Source of the DNA: Octopus bimaculoides
Taxonomy: Eukaryota
Direction: 5' to 3'
NCBI RefSeq assembly: GCF_001194135.2
Contig: NC_068995.1
Coordinates: forward strand, 11,053,885-11,088,153
Length of the DNA stretch: 34,269 nucleotides
Shown: positions 21,571 through 33,471 of the stretch, piece after piece
Position numbering within the stretch: the stretch's first letter is position 1
Layout: the number at the start of each line of letters is the position of its first letter
Position numbers and translations under genes: made by a program
Notes under the pieces: model-generated
Database searches by the model: none
The model's input: only the letters and a program-made list of their open reading frames with translations
Told to the model about the DNA's origin: nothing

Positions 21571-21958
21571 GGCGGCGAGCTGACAGAATCTTTTGCACGT
21601 TGGGCCAAATGCTTAGCGTATTTTGCCCATCGCTACGTTCTGAGTTCAAATTCCGCTGAGGTCGATTTTGCCTTTCATCCTTTCGGGGTCGATGTAATCG
21701 AGTAGTCCCCTCCCCCACCACAATTTCAGGCCTTGTGCCAGCGGTAGAAAGGATTATTATTATTATTAAAGCGGTGAGCTGACAGAATTGTTAGCGCGCT
21801 GGACGAAATGCTGAGTGATATTTCTTCTGGCTCTTTGTCTTTCAACCTTTCGGGGTCGATGAAATAAGTACCAGTTATGCACTGGGTTTCGATAGAATAG
21901 ACAAACCCCACTTCATCTTAAAATTATTGACCTTGTGCTAGAATTTGACACCATTATT
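20901..21958 (+). mobile_element. Head-to-tail array of six SINE family A units (starts at 20901, 21040, 21185, 21321, 21569, 21768)
   Basis: Each unit carries a recognisable variant of the body CCTTTCATCCTTTCGGGGTCGAT and of the tail GGCCTTGTG...AGAAAGGATTATT. Units join at ATT|AAG. Confidence 0.95.
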
Positions 21959-23396
21959 CCACCCTTCCTTTGTAAGTGATTAACAGACAAAACCTACAAA
22001 GAATTGCCGTTTTCATACAAAGGAAAATCTGTCTTTGACTCGGATACATTTGGAAATGAATTTAGGTTGTTAAATTTCTAATGAGTTTGTTGGCACATAT
22101 CATATCGTGTTTTGCAAATACTTTGAACTAATTAAAATATAATTTGATATTCACGGGAAATTAATCCAATCTTTTAGTGAGATATTTATCATCTTTAAAT
22201 TTCAAGCTTATTATATCAACTTATTGATTGGAAGCTTATGGGAATAAAACGTGAAATTTATGAAGGAGACAATTGATCTATGATATAAACATTTCATGTT
22301 TAACATTTGAATAGGAGAAAAAATAGCAACAGCAGTAACAACTAGATATTGATTCCTGTCCGTTTATCTATTCGTTGTGGAATATTGGAATATTCGAAGC
22401 ACGACTGAATACAGTAGATATTTCGTTGTTAAATTAAGAAAATAATACATATATCCCAAGTTGACAGATGCAACAAGAAATTACTCAGTCTTTAAACCTT
22501 ATTTTATTTTTGCCGTTGTAGAAAACAAGATGCTGGTGATAAAAGAACGAAATTTATACTATGAATAAACTTGGCAAATATGCAGCTGTGTCTTTAGAAT
22601 AAGATTCTGATTAAAACGAAATACGTATGAGAGAGAACTCCCACAGATAAAGAATTCTTTACCCCACAGGAAAATATTGAAGAATTTTTTTATTGCTCTG
22701 TGTGAGTCCCGCTCACAGAAACCTATTTTACAGGTGTAATCAATAAGTTCACGGAATTTTACCTGACCTGATGAATGAACAGAAAGTGGGTATCGGTAAA
22801 AAAAAAGAAAAAAAAAAAATTTTAATTTCAGCTCGAACGGGAAAAGGACTGTCGAGTTGTAGGTGTGTGTAGCAAGATGAGTCAACGCGAAGACGAAGCG
22901 TTATCGATTGGCTTGCACTTTACCAAAGATGTTTTTAGATCCGTTGATAAGAGGAGATTTTTAAGATTGAAGTGCCATAGTGTAATTATATATATACCGT
23001 CTTCGTTTTCACTTTTCTAAAAGAATTTCTTAGTTTCTTTTTGAAATTAATTACCTTATCCATTAAGATTCAGCGGCGACATTCCTTTAGGGTTGTACTA
23101 ATATTACGTGTAATCATCAGACTTCAGGAATGCAATAAATTGGGGGAAAAAAAAAAATACATAAAATGAAAAAAAAGGAATAAAAAATCATGAGACAAAA
23201 ACAAGCAAACAAACAACAAATAAACAAACGGCATTCTTCCTTTACCCGAACGGAAGAAAAGATATAGAATACCAAAGAGGAACTGGCTGAAAAATCTGAA
23301 TCCTTAAGTCCTTGACTATGGTTATGAGTTGGCTAGATTAGTCTTGAAGAGAATCTCTTATATCCTCGGGATTTTGATCTTGATATTTTTACCGTT

Positions 23397-23540
23397 CATC
23401 TTTTACTTGTTTAAGTCAGCGGACTGCGGCCATGCTGGGGCACCGCCTTAAAAGGTTTAGTCAAACAAATCGATTAAATCTTTTTAAAGTTCTTTTTTTT
23501 TAAAGCACTTTCTTGTTTTTTTTTTTTTAAAGTCTGGTAC
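23397..23540 (-). mobile_element. SINE family B tail fragment
   Basis: TCTTTTACTTGTTTAAGTCAGCGGACTGCGGCCATGCTGGGGCACCGCC. Confidence 0.8.
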
Positions 23541-23548
23541 CGACTCAC

Positions 23549-23659
23549 CTGGATTTCTCTTACAGACATTTTTACCCCTAGGACTTAGTCTCGGCAAAGA
23601 TTTCGGAATGTACGTTCAAATCATTTGAGCGCTACGAAGTGTTTTCGATCTTCCACCAG
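23549..23659 (-). other. Candidate non-coding (5' UTR) exon
   Basis: Perfect donor CAG|gtgagt, acceptor acacctgtaatcag|, stops in all three frames, and a terminal uATG (MSVREIQ). Confidence 0.2.
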
Positions 23660-23693
23660 CTGATTACAGGTGTAGTATTGCACACTGTACATA

Positions 23694-23720
23694 TACAGGG
23701 TTGGCCAAAAGTCACTCGAC
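23694..23720 (+). mobile_element. Possible solitary Tc1/mariner-type terminal repeat
   Basis: TA-CAGGGTTGGCCAAAAGTCAC; only a weak partner end near 23775-23786. Confidence 0.3.
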
Positions 23721-24747
23721 AATCAATCAAATTTCCATAAATACTATTTAGATTGCGCATCTCTGGATTTGATCTGTTGACCCTATACCTTATATATCCT
23801 TTATCTTGTTTCATTAGATATCTTTCACAACATTCTGCAACGCAGCTTTCTCTTTTCGAAACACGAGGATATAATTCTAGGAAGATATAGCTGCTATTTT
23901 TTGCCGGTCATAATTGAGAAGCTATTTAAATCGGACAAGCGACACGTCTGAAGAATCATATTAAATCTTTGACGAAAAACCGCATAATTTGCGAGAATCA
24001 GTCTAACAGCGTTAGAAACACGTCGCACTTATTTTCGGTTTTCAAAACACTTTAACGCGTTTTAACAATGAGAGCACAAGAATAATTACAAGACAATTAC
24101 GATGTATGATTCTTTTACATTTGGAATTTAAATAAATTTTTGAGATCTTTATTTTTGCTGAACGCCTATGTTGTCTTCAACGATTTCAATGGAAGTATAT
24201 TACAATTTAATCGCATTTTATTTTATTTTATTCTCAAAGAAATAATATGCCATGTTATTTTCTTTCAAAAATGCTGTTTGCAAAATAGAAAAAAAAAAGG
24301 GAAAGCAAGAAAAAGAGAGAAAATGATTGCAATTGTGTTGTTTATTGTTGAATTTTTAACTAATTTTTTGTAGTTACCAGATATTGTATAAGTGTCATCT
24401 TTTAATATATTATGTATATGATATAGATAACACTTGCATGCATATATATATATCTGTATCTATCTATCTATCTATCTATCTATCGCTCACCCCCCCTCTC
24501 TCTCTATATATATATTATTCATATAATATGCACATATACATATATTATATACCCTCGCAATATACATGTATGCCGGTAGGTGTGCCTGTGTACGTATACG
24601 TGTGCATCAGTGGCACTTGATTACACCTACATACATGCAAACAACCCACACATGCATACACACATGCGCTCCTCCTAGACATATATATTTATATAACGCA
24701 TGCATACATATACGTTTAAACATACATTTGTGTCATATACATGTGTC

Positions 24748-24777
<30 letters not shown>

Positions 24778-24784
<7 letters not shown>

Positions 24785-24926
24785 TGTGTGTATATATATA
24801 TTTACATATATGTAGATATATAGGTGTGTATATATACATACATATATGTAGATATATAGGTGTGTGTACATATATGTAGATATATAGGTGTGTGTATATA
24901 TATGTAGGTATATAGGTGTGTGTATG
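24778..24926. repeat. Short minisatellite (TATAGGTGTGTGTATATA..CATATATGTAGA units)
   Basis: About five tandem variants of TATAGGTGTGTG plus an AT spacer. Confidence 0.85.
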
Positions 24927-25396
24927 TATTAAACGGATTAATATGCGATATTTTAGTTCAGTTTGTTTGGACGATTACAGGCAAAAATGTTACATTTGTT
25001 AAAAATATAAGAAAAATCACAACTCTAAGTCGACTGTTAGTCTATTATAAAATAGTTTTAAACAGTTTATTTAGCAGTAAGTAATTTCCATTAAACGGAA
25101 CTAAAAAAATATAAAAACAAAGGTAAACAAACAAAAAAAAAGTAATTAGAAAGTAAAAAAGAATAATAGAAACTTAAAAAAAAAATATCATTAACAGCTC
25201 AAATCAATTACGTGATAAAAAAAGAATTGAAAATCTTATCGTATTGGTTTTTTTTTTTTTACATAAGAACCAATAGGAAATTTATTGCTTCTCGCTGCCA
25301 TCATATTTTCCCTCTTCTATAAAGATACTGCTAAAAAACAAAAAAAACAACAACATTAAAAGTAAAAATTAAAAGTAAAAAAAAATGTGATAAGAA

Positions 25397-25750
25397 CATG
25401 GTGGTGTGGTTAAGAAGTTCTCTTTCCGACTACGTGGATTCAGGTTCAATCCTGATGAGGAGGACTTTCAGATCAAAGTGTTTTCTATTCTAGCGTCAAA
25501 CCGATCAATGCCTTGTTTTGGTGAATTCATGAAACGGAATGTGAAGATGCACATCACACACACACACTATACATCTGTGCGTGTGAGTGTCTTTGTGTTT
25601 ATCCCCTACACCGCTCGGGAACCGGTATTGGTTTGTTTGCGTTCCTGGAACAGCGGTTTGGTAAAAAAGGAGTGTAGAATAAATACTAGACTCAAAATAA
25701 GTACTATGGTTGGTTTGTTTGACTAACTCTACGCGGCGCTGCTCTAGTAG
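25397..25750 (+). mobile_element. Old SINE family B copy
   Basis: GGTGTGGTTAAGAAGTTC, CAGGTTCAATCC, a (CA)/(TG) middle, TAGAATAAATACTAG and GCGGCGCTGCTCTAG. Confidence 0.75.
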
Positions 25751-25919
25751 TTTCACCGTTATGGTTACTTGGAGCCCTGCTTTAGATGTTCCAAGTGTTG
25801 CTGGATATCTAACCGGAACAGATAATCTGGGAAATACTAATGCAATAAAATGTTCCGAGTTGATTCTACCGGCAGGGCTCCAAGCAAGTATAATAGCGAA
25901 ACGTACGTAGGAACTAATA

Positions 25920-26515
25920 ATATAAACTTGCGCTGAGGTTGTAATCGACTTACTCCTCCTCCGAAATCTGCTGGCCTTGTGCCGGAATTTGAAACCAATA
26001 GTAGTCAAACCTCCAAAAAATCCCACCCCACTGCCTTTACAAAAAAGGACGCAGCGGATAGTGAATTCTTAGATATATTATATTTGAAAAATATAAGACC
26101 GGATGTCGAAGGAGCAGATGTGATGCTTTCTATTTTGTCTCTTTGCTATGTTAGATTAGTAAAACCGTTAGAAGCGTCGCAATAATGCTTTGCGGGTTTT
26201 CTGTCAGCTCTTAAAGTTCGAACCCGCCAATGTCGATTTTGCTTTTCATTTTTCCGAGAGCGATAAAGTAAAGTACCAGTTAAAAAGTGGAGTCGATGGT
26301 GACTAAATAAGAAACCATTATACATCTGCTTATAGCGTTGGATTCAGCGGAGTCGTTAGAGTATCCGAAACATGCTCTGCGTTTTGGGTTCAAATCCCGC
26401 CAAGGTCGACTCGGCATTTCATCCTTACGAAGTCGATAAAGTTAAGTACCATTCATGTACTCAGGTCGATGTAATCGACTAGCACCCTCCCCCCTCAAAT
26501 TTACTGACCTAAACT
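25920..26515 (+). mobile_element. Three degenerate SINE family A pieces (about 25920-26000, 26150-26305, 26337-26515)
   Basis: GTAATCGACTT...GGCCTTGTGCC...GAAACC; GTTCGAACCCGCC...AAAGTACCAGTT; GGGTTCAAATCCCGCCAAGGTCGAC...GTCGATGTAATCGACT. Confidence 0.75.
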
Positions 26516-27564
26516 AGAAACTAGACCTAAAATAGAACTAAATCTAAACGAGGAACAATTATAGGCCTTCTTATTGAGGACTGGCCTGGGTATAAACAGC
26601 AACAACAACAATGCACAACTGCAGAAAACAAAGCAGCAGATAAACTTACAATTTGCCAAGTCGCCGAACCGATTTCGATTCCTAGTCAAAGTCACTTCGC
26701 TCCAGTTATTCTTGAAAGGATCTTAAAACGTGTTCATAAAAATTCCAATATCTCCTAACAAAAGAAGCCGAATGTTGTCTTTCTTTCGTTTGCCACAGCA
26801 GGCACAATTCTGTTTTATTTAACTGCAAGAAGATGCAAGCAATACTGTTATTGGGTCGTCGTCGTACTACTACTTCTAAATCTTTCATTTTATGGATAAA
26901 CAGATTGAGCTACTAAATGTTTAACAAGAAAGATTTACTCCTTCGCAGCATCATTTCATGAAATTATTCAATTTTATTTCTGCTTCAACGCGTCATATTT
27001 CTCCATTTTCTTCATTAAAGCTTTCTCTCTCTTTTCTATCATCGACTAATATCAGCTTTGTTTATTTGTTGTTTGTTTTTTTTTGTAGTTTTGTATTTGT
27101 TTTTGTTTTCTGAGCCTCATGGTGGATTTGAAAAATCTTGGAAGAATCTTAGAATCGCATTAGTCATCAACAAGAGGCTATTCACATAAGTTATTTAAGA
27201 AGCGATAGAAGAAGCTTTGCAAAACAGCAAACCTTCGTATCAAACAAAATGAAGATACGTAACACACAAAAGTGGAATTGATTGCAAACGAAAAGAAATT
27301 TGTTGCGTTACAGAAAACCAGCTTATCTAAAAAGAAAGAGAGAGAGAGAGAGAGAGTGAATGGACTTCGTAAATATTGGAATTGTATTAAGTCTCAAGTT
27401 CTCTTGAAATGCGTTGGAAGAATTCATTATAAAAGGGTTGAAATCCACGTCTTACGTCTCAGCGTGAAAATGAAAGAAGAGAAAAGTAAAACCGCGAAAA
27501 TTGTATACGAATTCGTGAGATAATAGAAATAGCTTCTCGTTTAGGTACAAATGTAGAATATTTA

Positions 27565-27752
27565 AGGAGAAGGGGCTTACTTGAAACTATCGATCCCAGT
27601 GCTAGACTGGTCCCTTGTTTTATCGACCTCGGATGGATGGATGAAAGAAAGGCAAAAATTAAATCACTGCGGGATTTGAACTTAGAACGTAACAAACAAG
27701 CTGGAAGAAATATCGCGAAATATTCTATCCGACACTCTAACGATTTTGAATC
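27565..27752 (-). mobile_element. SINE family A, degenerate
   Basis: TTTTATCGACCTCGGA, GATTTGAACTTAGAACG and CTCTAACGATT. Confidence 0.75.
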
Positions 27753-27869
27753 CACACCACTAAATGAATGAATAAGTATATAAATAAATAAATGAATGTA
27801 AATGAAAATGCGGAACAGATTCTTTTCAGTAAGAAAAATAAGGAAGATGGTTGCCAAAACAATACACAA

Positions 27870-28078
27870 ACGTATATATACACGCGTATATATACACACA
27901 CACATATATAAGTATATATGTATGTGTGTGTATGTATATAATTATATGTATAGATATATATTTGTATGTGTATACACACACACACACACGCAAATATATA
28001 TGATAAGCAAAAAGGGTAAATGATAAATATCTACAAACATATAATACACATACACAAATAGAAATATATGTCTTTATT

Positions 28079-28161
<83 letters not shown>

Positions 28162-28265
28162 TATAACATGTAAAAATATACTAAATAAATATATATTAGA
28201 TATATAGAAATAAAATGTATATCAAATATATGAATAAAGATATATATATATATATATATATATAT
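27870..28265. repeat. (TA)/(CA)/(TG) microsatellite cluster
   Basis: Direct inspection. Confidence 0.9.
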
Positions 28266-28500
28266 TAAATGCGATGTAAAAAAAAACACTGTGATAGACA
28301 CAATGACAATGTTAATAGCGTTGAAATAATAGTAAAAGTAATAAGAAGAAAAAAACGATAAACATTTCGTTATAACTGTCAGTAAATGATTTGAATTAGA
28401 CTTGATAAACAAAGTGAAAAAAAAACGAGAGTTTTTGTAGCAGTTTATTATAAGAGAAGGACAAAGCTTTATAATTCTTTCGAAAAAACATTGGCCATAA

Positions 28501-29106
28501 CATGTTGGTAACGATATTCATGTGGGAATGCAAAATTGGCGTAAGAACATTAATGTGGGAATACATGGAGAGAACGGTATTAATGAGGTAAATACAACAT
28601 TGAGATAACGCGATTAATGTAGGAATACAACATGGGGATAAAGATATCAATGTGGAAATACATGGAGATTACGATATGCTTTTCTACTCTAGGCACAAGG
28701 GCCGAATTTTTTTGGGGGGAGGGGGCAGTCGATTAGATCGACCCAGTACGCTGCCGGTACTTAGTTTATCGAGCCCGAAAGGATGAAAGGCAAAGTCGAC
28801 CTCGGCGGAGTTTGAACTCAGAACGTAAAGATGGAGATAACGATATTAATAGGGTAATTCATGTTGCTAACGATGTGAATGTGGGACTACACTACGGAGG
28901 TAACGATATTAATGTGGAAATACAACATGGCGATAAGGATATTAATGTCGGAATATATGGAGATAAGGATATTACTGTGAGCATACATGGTGATAACGAT
29001 ATTGCTGGGGGGATGCAGCATAGAGATAATGATATTAATGGGAGAATACAGCTAAGAAGTAACGCTATTACTGTGGGAATACGGCATGGGGATAAGGATA
29101 TTAATG
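28501..29106 (+). repeat. 30/33-nt minisatellite, consensus about CATGGAGATAACGATATTAATGTGGGAATA(CAA)
   Basis: About 15 visible units, interrupted by a SINE and continuing into the gap at 29107. Confidence 0.9.
28678..28830 (-). mobile_element. 5'-truncated, young-looking SINE family A inserted in the minisatellite
   Basis: Close to the family consensus; flanked by ATGGAGATTACGATAT (28662-28677) and ATGGAGATAACGATAT (28831-28846). Confidence 0.9.
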
Positions 29107-29744
29107 NNNNNNNNNNNNNNNNNNNNNNNNNNNNNNNNNNNNNNNNNNNNNNNNNNNNNNNNNNNNNNNNNNNNNNNNNNNNNNNNNNNNNNNNNNNNNN
29201 NNNNNNNNNNNNNNNNNNNNNNNNNNNNNNNNNNNNNNNNNNNNNNNNNNNNNNNNNNNNNNNNNNNNNNNNNNNNNNNNNNNNNNNNNNNNNNNNNNNN
29301 NNNNNNNNNNNNNNNNNNNNNNNNNNNNNNNNNNNNNNNNNNNNNNNNNNNNNNNNNNNNNNNNNNNNNNNNNNNNNNNNNNNNNNNNNNNNNNNNNNNN
29401 NNNNNNNNNNNNNNNNNNNNNNNNNNNNNNNNNNNNNNNNNNNNNNNNNNNNNNNNNNNNNNNNNNNNNNNNNNNNNNNNNNNNNNNNNNNNNNNNNNNN
29501 NNNNNNNNNNNNNNNNNNNNNNNNNNNNNNNNNNNNNNNNNNNNNNNNNNNNNNNNNNNNNNNNNNNNNNNNNNNNNNNNNNNNNNNNNNNNNNNNNNNN
29601 NNNNNNNNNNNNNNNNNNNNNNNNNNNNNNNNNNNNNNNNNNNNNNNNNNNNNNNNNNNNNNNNNNNNNNNNNNNNNNNNNNNNNNNNNNNNNNNNAATA
29701 GAAAATCAAAAATCGGAATTATCAACCACTGCTCATGCCGCCAC

Positions 29745-29893
29745 TTCTATATCTACTACTGCTCTTCTTCCTCCTCCTCCTCCTACTGTTGCATCTGTTG
29801 TGGTGGTACTACCACTACTCCCACCACTACCACCCTCACTACCACTACTACTACTATTGCTACTACTACTACTACTACTACTACTGCTATTCT

Positions 29894-29945
<52 letters not shown>

Positions 29946-30053
29946 CTCACTACTTCCACTCCCACTACTATTACTCCTACTACTACCACCCTCACTACTA
30001 CTACTACTACCACCACCAACCTCACTACTACTACTACTACTACTACTACTACA
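29745..30053. repeat. (ACT/ACC)n trinucleotide array
   Basis: Direct inspection. Confidence 0.95.
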
Positions 30054-30612
30054 CCACAAAATGTATCGGAAGTAATGTTTATTATGTAAGACTTTAATAT
30101 TATAATAGCTTCCACCATTTGATATAATAATAAGAAACAGTCAGTGTGTGTCTGACCTGAAAAGGTCGGTTTTCAGTGAAGTGCAGTTATTATATGGCTA
30201 TACATACATACATGTATTACAAATATATATATGTGTATATATATATATATATATAAGTAGAGTCCTTAGAAAGCGGAAATATTGACACATAATCGACTAT
30301 CTCTAAAGTGAGGAATACTTGCAATAAACACTCTTCTTCCTATTATTTCTGGTTAATTGTTATTGTCGCATTGTTTACATCGCCATTGTCTTTGTCTTGT
30401 CCTAAGAGCTTTTCATTTGGTTGCGGTCCTTGAGGCCAATAAAAGAAATCATCATCATCAGCAGCAGCAATGAATGAAAACATTACTACTACTACTACTA
30501 CTTTTGGGACTGCAGTGAAAAGAGCTGTTTATTTGAGTTGGTGTTTTTGTTGTTTCGATGATAGTGTTGCAATTTGCTATTAAAAAACAAGATAATAGGT
30601 TATTTTTTAAAA

Positions 30613-30993
30613 TTCTTTTACTTGTTTCAGTCATTAGACTGCGGCCATGCTGGGGCACTGCCTTGAGAGAATTTTTAGTCGAATGTATCAACCCCAGTAC
30701 TTATTTTTTATTCTATCGGTCTCTTGTGCTGAACCGCTAAGTTACGGGGACGTAAACACCAGCACCGGTTTTCAAGCGGTGGTGAGGGACACAAAGACAC
30801 ACAAACACACGCAAATATGTGCATATATACGACGGGATTCTTTCTGTTTCCGTCTTCCAAATCCACTCACAAGGCTTTGGTCGACACGAGGCTATAGTAG
30901 AAGATACTTGCCCAAGGTGCCACACAGTTGGACTGAACCCAGAACCGTGTGGTTGGGAAGCAAATTTCTTTCCACACAGCCACGCCTGTGCCT
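30613..30993 (-). mobile_element. SINE family B, full length
   Basis: Tail, CCGCTAAGTTACGGGGACGTAAAC, ACTTGCCCAAGGTGCC (rc CORE-like motif) and the head GGACTGAACCCAGAACC. Confidence 0.92.
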
Positions 30994-31949
30994 GAAAGTT
31001 TCATTTGTGAAATACAGTTGTTTTGAATTTGCTGCTGAAAGTGATTTATGTTTGTGGTGGTGAGTGGGGGAGCGCTAGGAATGTGGCGTTGGTGTCCAGG
31101 GTGTGGCAGCCTGAAGAATTTTCGGGAACCAGTGTTCTGGCCGAATCATCGGGCAGAAGACCTAGGGGTAGAACAAGAGCGAAATAGTTGGATAATATAT
31201 TTAATCTTAGTTGCTCATTCTTGGGAAACCAGCCTGAAAGTGTAATGACGGTCGCTTCTGACGGGACCCGATAGAGCAGGTGCCTGAGGGCTCTACGCTC
31301 ACAACACCCCCAGGAAGAGTGGGCAGAGAAGATGGATGGGTGAATGGGAGGAGGATAAATAAGTATTTAATATTCTTATTTGAAAAAAGAAAAATATATT
31401 GGTCATGGTTAGAAATGGAATGAAGGGATAAGGTCTGCTAGGTTTAGAAAATCAAGACATCATGGCGGTGTTTTTACCTCTCCACCGGGAGTTGAGTTCC
31501 CAAAGCAAGCTGTTAAATAGAAAACATTTCGATTGAAACAAGAGAATAAGCATGCGCAGTAAAAACAAGTAATCAATAGCAATTTTAATCAGCAAATGTA
31601 CAAAAAAGAAAAAGAAAAAAACCTGGAGAAAAGGAAAAAAAGAAAGAAACTGGTAAAATATTATTTGACCAATTTTGTGACATACATGCTGGAAAGTAGG
31701 GTTCTTGAGGTTAAAAGGTATGTCAGCTCATAGGAGCCCTTTCATCTGAAGACTGTTGACTAAAACCCGAAATCTGACCTATTAAAGGTACTTGATGTAA
31801 AACGGGTCAAGAAGGACATTTATCTCTGGTTCTATGGGAATCGTGCTCGGCTTAACAACAATTTCTAACATGAGTTCAAGATCAGAGAACTGGTAATGGT
31901 AGTGGTGGTGGTGGTAGTGTTTTTGTATGTATGTGTGTGTGTGTGTGTG

Positions 31950-32117
31950 GAGTTTAGTCGACTAAATCGATCTTTGTGTCTGAATGGTACTTTATGTTAT
32001 TGCTTGCGGATGGATGAAAGTCAACGTTGACCGCGGTATGATTTGAACTTGAAATACAAAGAATTGAAACTAAACACCACAAGGGATTTTCCTGACGCTC
32101 TAACAATTCTACCAATT
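31950..32117 (-). mobile_element. Old SINE family A copy
   Basis: GTCGACTAAATCGA, GGATGAAAGTCAACGTTGACC, ATTTGAACT and GCTCTAACAATTCTACC. Confidence 0.7.
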
Positions 32118-32336
32118 ACCCCATTTCCTTTCCTGGGTCAGAAATTTTAGTAGCAAAGTGTAGGTCCATAAGGTCAATTTTATTATATTACATTCTTTTC
32201 CATCTGATTCGACAAAATTTGAACTCAGCTATAATTAAAGACCACAAAGCATTTTGTTTGACGCGCTACCGGCTTCACCAGTCCACTGCCCTTGGGGCTG
32301 AGTTAACAATTCTTTCTAATTTAGAGACAAAGTTAG

Positions 32337-32647
32337 GAATTCGGGACTGGAGAGGGTTAGACGATGCAATCAATTTCAGTACTTGGCTGGTACTTTATTT
32401 CATCGACCCTGAAAGATAGAAGACAAAATTGATTTCTGCAAGATTTGAACTCAGAATGTAAAGAGCTACGAGAAATAATGGTTTCAAATTTTGGCACTGG
32501 GCCAGCAATGGTAAGNNNNNNNNNNNNNNNNNNNNNNNNNNNNNNNNNNNNNNNNNNNNNNNNNNNNNNNNNNTAGAACGTGAAGACGGATGAAATGCCG
32601 CTAAGTATTTTGCCCGGCGTGTTAACGACTCTGCCAGCTCGCCGCCC
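32337..32647 (-). mobile_element. Two tandem SINE family A copies (32337-32466; 32474-32647 split by a gap)
   Basis: CTGGTACTTTATTTCATCGACCCTGAAAG, ATTTGAACTCAGAA, GGTTTCAAATTTTGGCAC and CCGCTAAGTATTTTGCCCGGCGTGTTAACGACTCTGCCAGCTCGCCGCC. Confidence 0.85.
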
Positions 32648-32900
32648 TAGAGCAAGAAGAAACAATCCCACGAAGGTTTTTTCTCCGATGCTCTCACGAT
32701 TTTGTCAATCCACCGTCCTATGTGCAAAGCCAATAATAAGAAATTATCCGCATCGTTGGATGTTCATACTATGCTGTTTATTTATTTATTTATTATAAAG
32801 AAGTGATAAACCGTCGTAGTTGTGGTTAAAAAGCTCGTTTTGCAACGACGCGGTTCCTGGTTCAGTTCCACTGCACGGCATCTTGGGCAAGTGTCTTATA

Positions 32901-33137
32901 TTGGGTTAATGCATAATTACTGCGGATTTTTTTCAACGAATGTTATTCAACAAAAACAATAGCAATATTTAACAAAATCATCTTGAAATGACGGTCTGAC
33001 CGTCTGCCAAGCAAATGGGAAGCAGTAATTGAAGTAGATGGTGAATATGCTCCGTAATAATCATTTAAAGATGTTTCTGTTACATGCTGTTATTGTTTTT
33101 GTTGAAAAAAAACCGCAATAATTATGCACCAACTCAA
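32901..33137 (+). mobile_element. Mariner-derived MITE with Hsmar1/MADE1-like TIRs
   Basis: TA|TTGGGTTAATGCATAATTACTGCGG...CCGCAATAATTATGCACCAACTCAA|TA. The internal relic DRLPSKWEAVIEVDGEYAP* resembles a mariner transposase C-terminus. Confidence 0.85.
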
Positions 33138-33254
33138 TACTATAGCTCCGGGCCATCCAATAATTTGTGAGTGAATTTGGCGGACGGAAACTGTGTGGAA
33201 CCCTGATTTAGACATATATAAATACACGCATACGTGTATACACACACACATATA

Positions 33255-33471
33255 CGAAGGAGTACTGAAAAATTTCCTGGCTTTAAGGATATCGCGAAAG
33301 GCCTGTTTGGAGGCTCGACCTTCCGAATTCTTTTACAGGCTTAGAAAAACTGAAAAACCGCTGCAATAAGTGTTTGAATCTGAGACAGGAACATGTTGAA
33401 TACAATCATAAATAACTGGTACTCTTGTATTTACTGTTACCCAAAGCCAGGAACTTTCCAGCACCCTCTCT
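33255..33471 (+). mobile_element. Second mariner-derived MITE, different subfamily
   Basis: Imperfect TIRs sharing TTCCTGGCTTT, TA flanks, and the relic LEKLKNRCNKCLNLRQEHVE (mariner C-terminus-like). Confidence 0.8.

Noticed and set aside
25710-25910. VMVTWSPA...VAGY, reminiscent of fibronectin type III
   Set aside because: It begins inside a degenerate SINE tail and lacks the remaining FN3 pattern.
29697-30089. Mucin-like poly-Thr ORF joined to the 28812 ORF
   Set aside because: The frame across a 590-N gap is meaningless, and the (ACT)n array is open in five frames.
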